The position numbers and the translations under genes were made by a program. From Eledone cirrhosa (taxonomy: Eukaryota), in NCBI GenBank assembly GCA_964016885.1, contig OZ024744.1, positions 127,534,001-127,598,000 on the forward strand: a stretch of 64,000 nt of DNA, read 5' to 3'. The first letter of the stretch is position 1, and each line of letters starts with the position of its first letter. The notes under the pieces are model-generated. The model was not told the origin of the DNA. It was given only the letters and a program-made list of their open reading frames with translations, and did not search any database. Shown one piece after another: positions 48,960 to 61,149 of this stretch.

Positions 48960-51900
48960 GGGGTAAGTTAAGTTGGGGTTAAGTTAAGTTGGGTTTAAGT
49001 TAAGTTGGGGCTAAGTTTAGTTGGGGTTAAGTTAAGTTGGGGGTAAGTTAAGTTGGGGTTGAGTTAAGTTGGGGTTAACTTAAGTTGGGGTTAAGTTGGG
49101 GTTAAGTTAAGTTGGGGTTAAATTAAGTTGGGGGTTAGTTAAGTTGGGGCAAGTTAAGTTGGGGTTAATTTAAGTTGGGGTTAAGTTAAGTTGGGGTTAT
49201 GTTAAGTTGGGGTTAAGTTAAGTTGGGGTTAAGTTAAGTTGGGGGTAAGTTAAGTTGGGGTTAAGTTAAGTTGGGGGTAAGTTAAGTTGAGGGTAAGTTA
49301 AGTTGGGGTTAAGTTAAGTTGGGGTTAAATTAAGTTGGGGGTAAGTTAAGTTGGGGGTAAGTTAAGTTGGGGTTAAGTTAAGTTGGGGTTAAATTAAGTT
49401 GAGGTTAAGTTAAGTTGGGGTTAAGTTAAGTTGGGGTTAAGTTAAGTTGGGGGTAAGATAAGTTGGGGCTAAGTTAAGTTGGGGCTAAGTCAAGTTGGGG
49501 TTAAGTCAAGTTGAGGTTAACTTAAGTTGGGGTTAAGTTAAGTTGGGGTTAAGTTAAGTTGGGGTTAAGTTAAGTTGAGGTTAAGGTAAGTTGGGGTTAT
49601 GTTAAGTTGGGGCTAAGTTAAGTTGGGGCTAAGTTAAGTTGGGGCTGAGTTAAGTTGGGGTTAAGTTAAGTTGGGGTTGAGTTAAGTTGGGGTTAAGTTA
49701 AGTTGGGGTTAAGTTAAGCTGGGGTTAAGTTGGGGTAAGTTAAGTTGGGGGTAAGTTAAGTTGGGGTTAAGTTAAGTTGGGGTTAAGTTAAGTTGGGGTT
49801 AAGTTAAGTTGGGGTTAAGTTAAGTTGGGGTTGAGTTAAGTTGGGGTTGAGTTAAGTTGGGGTTAAGTTAAGTTGGGGTTAAGTTAAGTTGGGGTTAAGT
49901 TAAGTTGGGGGTAAGTTAAGTTGGGGGCAAGTTAAGTTGGGGTTAAGTTAAGTTGGGGTTAAGTTAAGTTGGGGTTAAATTAAGTTGGGGTTAAGTTAAG
50001 TTGGGGTTAAGTTAAGTTGGGGTTAAATTAAGTTGGGGTTCAGTTAAGTTGGGGTTAAATTAAGTTGGGGTTAAGTTAAGTTGGGGTTAGTTAAGTTGGG
50101 GTTAAGTTAAGTTGGGGTTAATTTCAGTTGGGGTTATGTTAAGTTGGGGTTAAGTTAAGTTGGGGTTAAGTTAAAGTTGGGGTTAAGTTAAGTTGGGGTA
50201 AAGTTAAGTTAGGGTTAAGTTAAGTTGGGGTTAAGTTAAGTTGGGGTTAAATTAAGTTGGGGTTAAGTTAAGTTGGGGTTAAGTTAAGTTGGGGTTAAAT
50301 TAAGTTGGGGTTCAGTTAAGTTGGGGTTAAATTAAGTTGGGGTTAAGTTAAGTTGGGGTTAGTTAAGTTGGGGTTAAGTTAAGTTGGGGTTAAGTTAAGT
50401 TGGGGTTAAGTTAAGTTGGGGTTAAGTTAAGTTGGCGTTAAGTTAAGTTGGGGTTAAGTTAAGTTGGGGTCAAATTAAGTTAGGGTTAAGTTAAGTTGGG
50501 GTTAATTTAAGTTGGGGTTAAGTTAAGTTGGGGTTAAGTTAAGTTGGAGTTAAGTCAAGTTGGGGTTAAGTCAAGTTGGGGTTAAGTCAAGTTGGGGTTA
50601 AGTCAAGTTGGGGTTAAGTTAAGTTGGGGTTAAGTTAAGTTGGGGTTAAGTTAAGTTGGGGGTAAGTTAAGTTGGGTGTAAGTTAAGTTGGGGTTAAGTT
50701 AAATTGGGGTTCAGTTCAGTTGGGGTTAAGTGAAGTTGGGGTTAAGTTAAGATGGGGGTAAGTTAAGTTGGGGTTAAGTTAAGTTGGGGTTAAGTTAAGT
50801 TGGGGTTAAGTTAAGTTGGGGTTAAGTTAAGTTGGAGTTAAGTTAAGTTGGAGTTAAGTTAAGTTGGGGTTAAGCTAAGTTGGGGTTCAGTTAAGTTGGG
50901 GTTAAGTTAATTTGGGGCTGAGTTAAGTTGGGGTTAAGTTAAGTTCGGGTTGAGTTAAGTTGGGGTTAAGTTAAGTTGGGGTTAAGTTAAGTTGGGGTTA
51001 AGTTAAGTTGGGGTTAAGATAAGTTGGGGTTAAGTTAAGTTGGGGTTAATTTAAGTTGGGGTTAAGTTGGGCTTAATTTAAGTTGGGGTTAAGTTGGGGG
51101 TAAGTTAAGTTGGGGGCAAGTTAAGTTGGGGTTAATTTAAGTTGGGGTTAAGTTAAGTTGGGGTTATGTTAAGTTGGGGTTAAGTTAAGTTGGGGTTAAG
51201 TTAAGTTGGGGGTAACTTAAGTTGGGGTTAAGTTAAGTTGAGGGTAAGTTAAGTTGAAGGTAAGTTAAGTTGAGGTTAAGTTAAGTTGGGGTTAAGTTAA
51301 GTTGGGGGTAAGTTAAGTTGGGGTTAAGTTAAGTTGGGTTTAAGTTAAGTTGGGGCTAAGTTTAGTTGGGGTTAAGTTAAGTTGGGGGTAAGTTAAGTTG
51401 GGGTTGAGTTAAGTTGGGGTTAACTTAAGTTGGGGTTAAGTTGGGGTTAAGTTAAGTTGGGGTTAAATTAAGTTGGGGGTTAGTTAAGTTGGGGCAAGTT
51501 AAGTTGGGGTTAATTTAAGTTGGGGTTAAGTTAAGTTGGGGTTATGTTAAGTTGGGGTTAAGTTAAGTTGGGGTTAAGTTAAGTTGGGGGTAAGTTAAGT
51601 TGGGGTTAAGTTAAGTTGGGGGTAAGTTAAGTTGAGGGTAAGTTAAGTTGGGGTTAAGTTAAGTTGGGGTTAAATTAAGTTGGGGGTAAGTTAAGTTGGG
51701 GGTAAGTTAAGTTGGGGTTAAGTTAAGTTGGGGTTAAATTAAGTTGAGGTTAAGTTAAGTTGGGGTTAAGTTAAGTTGGGGTTAAGTTAAGTTGGGGGTA
51801 AGATAAGTTGGGGCTAAGTTAAGTTGGGGCTAAGTCAAGTTGGGGTTAAGTCAAGTTGAGGTTAACTTAAGTTGGGGTTAAGTTAAGTTGGGGTTAAGTT

Positions 51901-53700
51901 AAGTTGGGGTTAAGTTAAGTTGGGGTTAAGGTAAGTTGGGGTTATGTTAAGTTGGGGCTAAGTTAAGTTGGGGCTAAGTTAAGTTGGGGCTGAGTTAAGT
52001 TGGGGTTAAGTTAAGTTGGGGTTGAGTTAAGTTGGGGTTAAGTTAAGTTGGGGTTAAGTTAAGCTGGGGTTAAGTTGGGGTAAGTTAAGTTGGGGGTAAG
52101 TTAAGTTGGGGTTAAGTTAAGTTGGGGTTAAGTTAAGTTGGGGTTAAGTTAAGTTGGGGTTAAGTTAAGTTGGGGTTGAGTTAAGTTGGGGTTGAGTTAA
52201 GTTGGGGTTAAGTTAAGTTGGGGTTAAGTTAAGTTGGGGTTAAGTTAAGTTGGGGGTAAGTTAAGTTGGGGGCAAGTTAAGTTGGGGTTAAGTTAAGTTG
52301 GGGTTAAGTTAAGTTGGGCTTAAGTTAAGTTGGGGTTAAGTTAAGTTGGGGTTAAATTAAGTTGGGGTTAAGTTAAGTTGGGGTTAAGTTAAGTTGGGGT
52401 TAAATTAAGTTGGGGTTCAGTTAAGTTGGGGTTAAATTAAGTTGGGGTTAAGTTAAGTTGGGGTTAGTTAAGTTGGGGTTAAGTTAAGTTGGGGTTAATT
52501 TCAGTTGGGGTTATGTTAAGTTGGGGTTAAGTTAAGTTGGGGTTAAGTTAAAGTTGGGGTTAAGTTAAGTTGGGGTAAAGTTAAGTTAGGGTTAAGTTAA
52601 GTTGGGGTTAAGTTAAGTTGGGGTTAAATTAAGTTGGGGTTAAGTTAAGTTGGGGTTAAGTTAAGTTGGGGTTAAATTAAGTTGGGGTTCAGTTAAGTTG
52701 GGGTTAAATTAAGTTGGGGTTAAGTTAAGTTGGGGTTAGTTAAGTTGGGGTTAAGTTAAGTTGGGGTTAAGTTAAGTTGGGGTTAAGTTAAGTTGGGGTT
52801 AAGTTAAGTTGGCGTTAAGTTAAGTTGGGGTTAAGTTAAGTTGGGGTCAAATTAAGTTAGGGTTAAGTTAAGTTGGGGTTAATTTAAGTTGGGGTTAAGT
52901 TAAGTTGGGGTTAAGTTAAGTTGGAGTTAAGTCAAGTTGGGGTTAAGTCAAGTTGGGGTTAAGTCAAGTTGGGGTTAAGTCAAGTTGGGGTTAAGTTAAG
53001 TTGGGGTTAAGTTAAGTTGGGGTTAAGTTAAGTTGGGGGTAAGTTAAGTTGGGTGTAAGTTAAGTTGGGGTTAAGTTAAATTGGGGTTCAGTTCAGTTGG
53101 GGTTAAGTGAAGTTGGGGTTAAGTTAAGATGGGGGTAAGTTAAGTTGGGGTTAAGTTAAGTTGGGGTTAAGTTAAGTTGGGGTTAAGTTAAGTTGGGGTT
53201 AAGTTAAGTTGGAGTTAAGTTAAGTTGGAGTTAAGTTAAGTTGGGGTTAAGCTAAGTTGGGGTTCAGTTAAGTTGGGGTTAAGTTAATTTGGGGCTGAGT
53301 TAAGTTGGGGTTAAGTTAAGTTCGGGTTGAGTTAAGTTGGGGTTAAGTTAAGTTGGGGTTAAGTTAAGTTGGGGTTAAGTTAAGTTGGAGTTAAGATAAG
53401 TTGGGGTTAAGTTAAGTTGGGGTTAATTTAAGTTGGGGTTAAGTTGGGCTTAATTTAAGTTGGGGTTAAGTTGGGGGTAAGTTAAGTTGGGGGCAAGTTA
53501 AGTTGGGGTTAATTTAAGTTGGGGTTAATTTAAGTTGGGGTTAAGTTAAGTTGGGGTTATGTTAAGTTGGGGTTAAGTTAAGTTGGGGTTAAGTTAAGTT
53601 GGGGGTAACTTAAGTTGGGGTTAAGTTAAGTTGAGGGTAAGTTAAGTTGAAGGTAAGTTAAGTTGAGGTTAAGTTAAGTTGGGGTTAAGTTAAGTTGGGG
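48960..53700 (+). repeat. About 2.35-2.38-kb tandem duplication
   Basis: ctaagtttag C at 49011/51356 (+2,345). ggtcaaattaagttaggg C at 50471/52848 (+2,377, after a 2-monomer indel). Confidence 0.8.
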
Positions 53701-56700
53701 GTAAGTTAAGTTGGGTGTAAGTTAAGTTGGGGTTAAGTTAAGTTGGGGTTAAATTAAGTTGAGGTTAAGTTAATTTGGGATTAAGTTAAGTTGGGGTTAA
53801 GTTAAGTTGGGGGTAAGATAAGTTGGGGCTAAGTTAAGTTGGGGCTAAGTCAAGTTGGGGTTAAGTCAAGTTGAGGTTAACTTAAGTTGGGGTTAAGTTA
53901 AGTTGGGGCTAAGTTAAGTTGGGGTTAAGGTAAGTTGGGGTTATGTTAAGTTGGGGCTAAGTTAAGTTGGGGCTGAGTTAAGTTGGGGTTAAGTTAAGTT
54001 GGGGTTGAGTTAAGTTGGGGTTAAGTTAAGTTGGGGTTAATTTAAGTTGGGGTTAAGTTAAGTTGGGGTTAAGATAAGTTGGGGTTAAGTTAAGTTGGGG
54101 TTACGTTAAGTTGGGGTTGAGTTAATTTGGGGTTAAGTTAAGTTGGGGTTAACTTAAGTTGGGGTTAAGTTGGGGTTAAGTTAAGTTGGGGGTAGGTTAA
54201 GTTGGGGGCAAGTTAAGTTGGGGTTAAGTTAAGTTGGGGTTAAGTTAAGTTGGGGGTAAGTTAAGTCGGGGTTAAGTTAAGTTGGGGTTAAGTTAAGTTG
54301 GGTTTAAGTTAAGTTGGGGCTAAGTTAAGTTGGGGCTAAGTTAAGTTGGGACTGAGTTAAGTTGGGGGTAAGTTAAGTTGGGTGTAAGTTAAGTTGGGGT
54401 TCAGTTCAGTTGGGGTTAAGTTAAGTTGGGGTTAAGTTAAGCTGGGGTTAAGTTAAGTTGGGGTTTAGTTAAGTTGGGGTTAAGTTAAGTTGGGGTTAAG
54501 TTAAGTTGGGGTTGAGTTAAGTTGGGGTTGAGTTAAGTTGGGGTTAAGTTAAGTTGGGGTTAAGTTAAGTTGGGGTTAAGTTAAGTTTGGGGTAAGTTAA
54601 GTTGGGGGTAAGTAAAATGGGGGCAAGTTAAGTTGGGGTTAAGTTAAGTTGGGGTTAAGTTAAGTTGGGGTTAAGTTAAGTTAGGGTTAATTTCAGTTGG
54701 GGTTAAGTTAAGTTGGGGTTAAGTTAAGTTAGGGTTAATTTAAGTTGGGGTTATGTTAAGTTGGGGTTAAGTTAAGTTGGGGTTAAGTTAAGTTGGTGTT
54801 AAGTAAAGTTGGGCTTAAGTTAAGTTGGGTTTGAGTTAAGTTGGGGCTAAGTTAAGTTAGGGCTAAGTTAAGTTGGGGTTAAGTTAAGTTGGGGCTAGGT
54901 TAAGTTGGGTCTAAGTTAAGTTGGGGTTAAGTTAAGTTGGGGTTAAGTTAAGTTGGGGTTAAGCTAAGTTGGGGTTAAGTTAATTTGCGGTTAAGTTAGT
55001 TTGTGGGTTAAGTTAAGTTGGGGGTAAGTTAAATTGGGGGTAAGTTAAGTTGGGGTTAAATTAAGTTGGGGTTAAGTTAAGTTGGGGTTAAGTTAAGTTG
55101 GGGTTAAGTTAAGTTGGGGTTAAGTTAAGTTGGCGTTAAGTTTAGTTGGGGTTAAGTTAAGTTGGGGGTAAGTTAAGTTGGGGTTGAGTTAAGTTGGGGT
55201 TAACTTAAGTTGGGGTTAAGTTGGGGTTAAGTTAAGTTGGGGTTAAATTAAGTTGGGGGTTAGTTAAGTTGGGGCAAGTTAAGTTGGGGTTAATTTAAGT
55301 TGGGGTTAAGTTAAGTTGGGGTTATGTTAAGTTGGGGTTAAGTTAAGTTGGGGTTAAGTTAAGTTGGGGGTAAGTTAAGTTGGGGTTAAGTTAAGTTGGG
55401 GGTAAGTTAAGTTGAGGGTAAGTTAAGTTGGGGTTAAGTTAAGTTGGGGTTAAATTAAGTTGGGGGTAAGTTAAGTTGGGGGTAAGTTAAGTTGGGGTTA
55501 AGTTAAGTTGGGGTTAAATTAAGTTGAGGTTAAGTTAAGTTGGGGTTAAGTTAAGTTGGGGTTAAGTTAAGTTGGGGGTAAGATAAGTTGGGGCTAAGTT
55601 AAGTTGGGGCTAAGTCAAGTTGGGGTTAAGTCAAGTTGAGGTTAACTTAAGTTGGGGTTAAGTTAAGTTGGGGTTAAGTTAAGTTGGGGTTAAGTTAAGT
55701 TGGGGTTAAGGTAAGTTGGGGTTATGTTAAGTTGGGGCTAAGTTAAGTTGGGGCTAAGTTAAGTTGGGGCTGAGTTAAGTTGGGGTTAAGTTAAGTTGGG
55801 GTTGAGTTAAGTTGGGGTTAAGTTAAGTTGGGGTTAAGTTAAGCTGGGGTTAAGTTGGGGTAAGTTAAGTTGGGGGTAAGTTAAGTTGGGGTTAAGTTAA
55901 GTTGGGGTTAAGTTAAGTTGGGGTTAAGTTAAGTTGGGGTTAAGTTAAGTTGGGGTTGAGTTAAGTTGGGGTTGAGTTAAGTTGGGGTTAAGTTAAGTTG
56001 GGGTTAAGTTAAGTTGGGGTTAAGTTAAGTTGGGGGTAAGTTAAGTTGGGGGCAAGTTAAGTTGGGGTTAAGTTAAGTTGGGGTTAAGTTAAGTTGGGCT
56101 TAAGTTAAGTTGGGGTTAAGTTAAGTTGGGGTTAAATTAAGTTGGGGTTAAGTTAAGTTGGGGTTAAGTTAAGTTGGGGTTAAATTAAGTTGGGGTTCAG
56201 TTAAGTTGGGGTTAAATTAAGTTGGGGTTAAGTTAAGTTGGGGTTAGTTAAGTTGGGGTTAAGTTAAGTTGGGGTTAATTTCAGTTGGGGTTATGTTAAG
56301 TTGGGGTTAAGTTAAGTTGGGGTTAAGTTAAAGTTGGGGTTAAGTTAAGTTGGGGTAAAGTTAAGTTAGGGTTAAGTTAAGTTGGGGTTAAGTTAAGTTG
56401 GGGTTAAATTAAGTTGGGGTTAAGTTAAGTTGGGGTTAAGTTAAGTTGGGGTTAAATTAAGTTGGGGTTCAGTTAAGTTGGGGTTAAATTAAGTTGGGGT
56501 TAAGTTAAGTTGGGGTTAGTTAAGTTGGGGTTAAGTTAAGTTGGGGTTAAGTTAAGTTGGGGTTAAGTTAAGTTGGGGTTAAGTTAAGTTGGCGTTAAGT
56601 TAAGTTGGGGTTAAGTTAAGTTGGGGTCAAATTAAGTTAGGGTTAAGTTAAGTTGGGGTTAATTTAAGTTGGGGTTAAGTTAAGTTGGGGTTAAGTTAAG

Positions 56701-58940
56701 TTGGAGTTAAGTCAAGTTGGGGTTAAGTCAAGTTGGGGTTAAGTCAAGTTGGGGTTAAGTCAAGTTGGGGTTAAGTTAAGTTGGGGTTAAGTTAAGTTGG
56801 GGTTAAGTTAAGTTGGGGGTAAGTTAAGTTGGGTGTAAGTTAAGTTGGGGTTAAGTTAAATTGGGGTTCAGTTCAGTTGGGGTTAAGTGAAGTTGGGGTT
56901 AAGTTAAGATGGGGGTAAGTTAAGTTGGGGTTAAGTTAAGTTGGGGTTAAGTTAAGTTGGGGTTAAGTTAAGTTGGGGTTAAGTTAAGTTGGAGTTAAGT
57001 TAAGTTGGAGTTAAGTTAAGTTGGGGTTAAGCTAAGTTGGGGTTCAGTTAAGTTGGGGTTAAGTTAATTTGGGGCTGAGTTAAGTTGGGGTTAAGTTAAG
57101 TTCGGGTTGAGTTAAGTTGGGGTTAAGTTAAGTTGGGGTTAAGTTAAGTTGGGGTTAAGTTAAGTTGGGGTTAAGATAAGTTGGGGTTAAGTTAAGTTGG
57201 GGTTAATTTAAGTTGGGGTTAAGTTGGGCTTAATTTAAGTTGGGGTTAAGTTGGGGGTAAGTTAAGTTGGGGGCAAGTTAAGTTGGGGTTAATTTAAGTT
57301 GGGGTTAATTTAAGTTGGGGTTAAGTTAAGTTGGGGTTATGTTAAGTTGGGGTTAAGTTAAGTTGGGGTTAAGTTAAGTTGGGGGTAACTTAAGTTGGGG
57401 TTAAGTTAAGTTGAGGGTAAGTTAAGTTGAAGGTAAGTTAAGTTGAGGTTAAGTTAAGTTGGGGTTAAGTTAAGTTGGGGGTAAGTTAAGTTGGGTGTAA
57501 GTTAAGTTGGGGTTAAGTTAAGTTGGGGTTAAATTAAGTTGAGGTTAAGTTAATTTGGGATTAAGTTAAGTTGGGGTTAAGTTAAGTTGGGGGTAAGATA
57601 AGTTGGGGCTAAGTTAAGTTGGGGCTAAGTCAAGTTGGGGTTAAGTCAAGTTGAGGTTAACTTAAGTTGGGGTTAAGTTAAGTTGGGGCTAAGTTAAGTT
57701 GGGGTTAAGGTAAGTTGGGGTTATGTTAAGTTGGGGCTAAGTTAAGTTGGGGCTAAGTTAAGTTGGGGCTGAGTTAAGTTGGGGTTAAGTTAAGTTGGGG
57801 TTGAGTTAAGTTGGGGTTAAGTTAAGTTGGGGTTAATTTAAGTTGGGGTTAAGTTAAGTTGGGGTTAAGATAAGTTGGGGTTAAGTTAAGTTGGGGTTAC
57901 GTTAAGTTGGGGTTGAGTTAATTTGGGGTTAAGTTAAGTTGGGGTTAACTTAAGTTGGGGTTAAGTTGGGGTTAAGTTAAGTTGGGGGTAGGTTAAGTTG
58001 GGGGCAAGTTAAGTTGGGGTTAAGTTAAGTTGGGGTTAAGTTAAGTTGGGGGTAAGTTAAGTCGGGGTTAAGTTAAGTTGGGGTTAAGTTAAGTTGGGTT
58101 TAAGTTAAGTTGGGGCTAAGTTAAGTTGGGGCTAAGTTAAGTTGGGACTGAGTTAAGTTGGGGGTAAGTTAAGTTGGGTGTAAGTTAAGTTGGGGTTCAG
58201 TTCAGTTGGGGTTAAGTTAAGTTGGGGTTAAGTTAAGCTGGGGTTAAGTTAAGTTGGGGTTTAGTTAAGTTGGGGTTAAGTTAAGTTGGGGTTAAGTTAA
58301 GTTGGGGTTGAGTTAAGTTGGGGTTGAGTTAAGTTGGGGTTAAGTTAAGTTGGGGTTAAGTTAAGTTGGGGTTAAGTTAAGTTTGGGGTAAGTTAAGTTG
58401 GGGGTAAGTAAAATGGGGGCAAGTTAAGTTGGGGTTAAGTTAAGTTGGGGTTAAGTTAAGTTGGGGTTAAGTTAAGTTAGGGTTAATTTCAGTTGGGGTT
58501 AAGTTAAGTTGGGGTTAAGTTAAGTTAGGGTTAATTTAAGTTGGGGTTATGTTAAGTTGGGGTTAAGTTAAGTTGGGGTTAAGTTAAGTTGGTGTTAAGT
58601 AAAGTTGGGCTTAAGTTAAGTTGGGTTTGAGTTAAGTTGGGGCTAAGTTAAGTTAGGGCTAAGTTAAGTTGGGGTTAAGTTAAGTTGGGGCTAGGTTAAG
58701 TTGGGTCTAAGTTAAGTTGGGGTTAAGTTAAGTTGGGGTTAAGTTAAGTTGGGGTTAAGCTAAGTTGGGGTTAAGTTAATTTGCGGTTAAGTTAGTTTGT
58801 GGGTTAAGTTAAGTTGGGGGTAAGTTAAATTGGGGGTAAGTTAAGTTGGGGTTAAATTAAGTTGGGGTTAAGTTAAGTTGGGGTTAAGTTAAGTTGGGGT
58901 TAAGTTAAGTTGGGGTTAAGTTAAGTTGGCGTTAAGTTAA
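51357..58940 (+). repeat. 3,780/3,796-bp tandem duplication (about 51357-55140 / 55137-58940)
   Basis: Lines from 51361 and 55141 onward are identical in register (+3,780; e.g. 52801 = 56581). After one extra ggggctaag monomer near 57750 the offset becomes +3,796 (agtaaaatgg 54611/58407; ggcg C at 55134/58930). Confidence 0.9.
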
Positions 58941-61149
58941 GTTGGGGTAAAGTTAAGTTGGGGTTAAGTTAAGTTGGGTTTAAGTTAAGTTGGGGTTAAG
59001 TTAAGTTGGGGTTAAGTCAAGTTGGGGTTAAGTCAAGTTGGGGTTAAGTTAAGTTGGGGTTAAGTTAAGTTGGGGGTAAGTTAAGTTGGGTGTAAGTTAA
59101 GTTGGGGTTAAGTTAAGTTGTGGTTAAGTTCAGTTGGGGTTAAGTTAAGTTGGGGTTAAGTTAAGCTGGGGGTAAGTTAAGTTGGGGTTAAGTTAAGTTG
59201 GGGTTAAGTTAAGTTGGGGTTAAATTAAGTTGGGGTTAAGTTAAGTTGGGGTTATGTTAAGTTGGGGTTAAGTTAAGTTGGGGTTAAGATAAGTTGGGGT
59301 TAAGTTAAGTTGAGGTTAAGTTAAGTTGGAGTTAAGTTAAGTTGGGGTTAAGCCAAGTTGGGGTTAAGTTAATTTGCGGTTAAGTTAGGTTGTGGGTTAA
59401 GTTAAGTTGGGGTTAAGTTAAGCTGGGGTTAAGTTGGCGTAAGTTAAGTTGGGGTTAAGTTAAGTTGGGGTTAAGTTAAGTTGGGGTTAAGTTAAGTTGG
59501 GGTTAAGTTAAGTTGGGGTTGAGTTAAGTTGGGGTTGAGTTAAGTTGGGGTTGAGTTAAGTTGGGGTTAAGTTAAGTTGGGGTTAAGTTAAGTTGGGGTT
59601 AAGTTAAGTTGGGGTTAAGTTAAGTTGGGGGCAAGTTAAGTTGGCGTTAAGTTAAGTTGGGGTTAAGTTAAGTTGGGGTTAAATTAAGTTGGGGTTAAGT
59701 TAAGTTGGGGTTAATTTAAGTTGGGGTTAAGTTAAGTTGGGGTTAAGTTAAGTTGGAGTTGAGTCAAGTTGGGGTTAAGTCAAGTTGGGGTTAAGTCAAG
59801 TTGGGGTTAAGTCAAGTTGGGGTGAAGTTAAGTTGGGGTTAAGTTAAGTGGGGTTAAGTTAAGTTGGGGGTAAGTTAAGTTGGGTGTAAGTTAAGTTGGG
59901 GTTAAGTTAAGTTGGGGTTCAGTTCAGTTGGGGTTAAGTTAAGTTGGGGTTAAGTTAAGCTGGGGGTAAGTTAAGTTCGGGTTAAGTTAAGTTGGGGTTA
60001 AGTTAAGTTGGGGTTAAGTTAAGTCGGGGTTAAGTTAAGTTGGAGTTAAGTTAAGTTGGAGTTAAGTTAAGTTGGGGTTAAGCTAAGTTGGGGTTCAGTT
60101 AAGTTGGGGTTAAGTTAATTTGGGGCTGAGTTAAGTTGGGGTTAAGTTAAGTTCGGGTTGAGTTAAGTTGGGGTTAAGTTAAGTTGGGGTTTAGTTAAGT
60201 TGGGGTTAAGTTAAGTTGGGGTTAAGATAAGTTGGGGTTAAGTTAAGTTGGGGTTAATTTAAGTTGGGGTTGAGTTAATTTGGGTTTAAGTTAAGTTGGG
60301 CTTAACTTAAGTTGGGGTTAAGTTGGGGTTAAGTTAAGTTGGGGTTAAGTTAAGTTGGGGGTAAGTTAAGTTGGGGGCAAGTTAAGTTGGGGTTAATTTA
60401 AGTTGGGGTTAAGTTAAGTTGGGTTTATGTTAAGTTGGGGTTAAGTTAAGTTGGGGTTAAGTTAAAGTTGGGGTTAAGTTAAGTTGGGGTAAAGTTAAGT
60501 TGGGGTTAAATTAAGTTGAGGTTAAGTTAATTTGGGCTTAAGTTAAGTTGGGGTTAAGTTAAGTTGGGGGTAAGATAAGTTGGGGCTAAGTTAAGTTGGG
60601 GCTAAGTCAAGTTGGGGTTAAGTCAAATTGAGGTTAACTTAAGTTGGGGTTAAGTTAAGTTGGGGTTAAGTTAAGTTGGGGTTAAGGTAAGTTGGGGTTA
60701 AGTTAAGTTGGGGTTAAGTTAAGTTGGGGCTAAGTTAAGTTGGGGCTAAGTTAAGTTGGGGCTGAGTTAAGTTGGGGTTAAGTTGGGGTTGAGTTAAGTT
60801 GGGGTTAAGTTAAGTTGGGATTAAGTTAAGTTGGGGTTGAGTTAAGTTCGGGTTGAGTTAAGTTGGGGTTAAGTTAAGTTGGGGTTAATTTAAGTTGGGG
60901 TTAAGTTAAGTTGGGGTTAAGATAAGTTGGGGTTAAGTTAAGTTGGGGTTAAGTTAAGTTGGGGTTGAGTTAATTTGGGGTTAAGTTAAGTTGGGGTTAA
61001 CTTAAGTTGGGGTTAAGTTAAGTTGGGGTTAAGTTAAGTTGGGGGTAAGTTAAGTTGGGGGCAAGTTGAGTTGGGGTTAAGTTAAGTTGGGGTTAAGTTA
61101 AGGTGGGGGTAAGTTAAGTTGGGGGTAAGTTAAGTTGGGGGTAAGTTAA

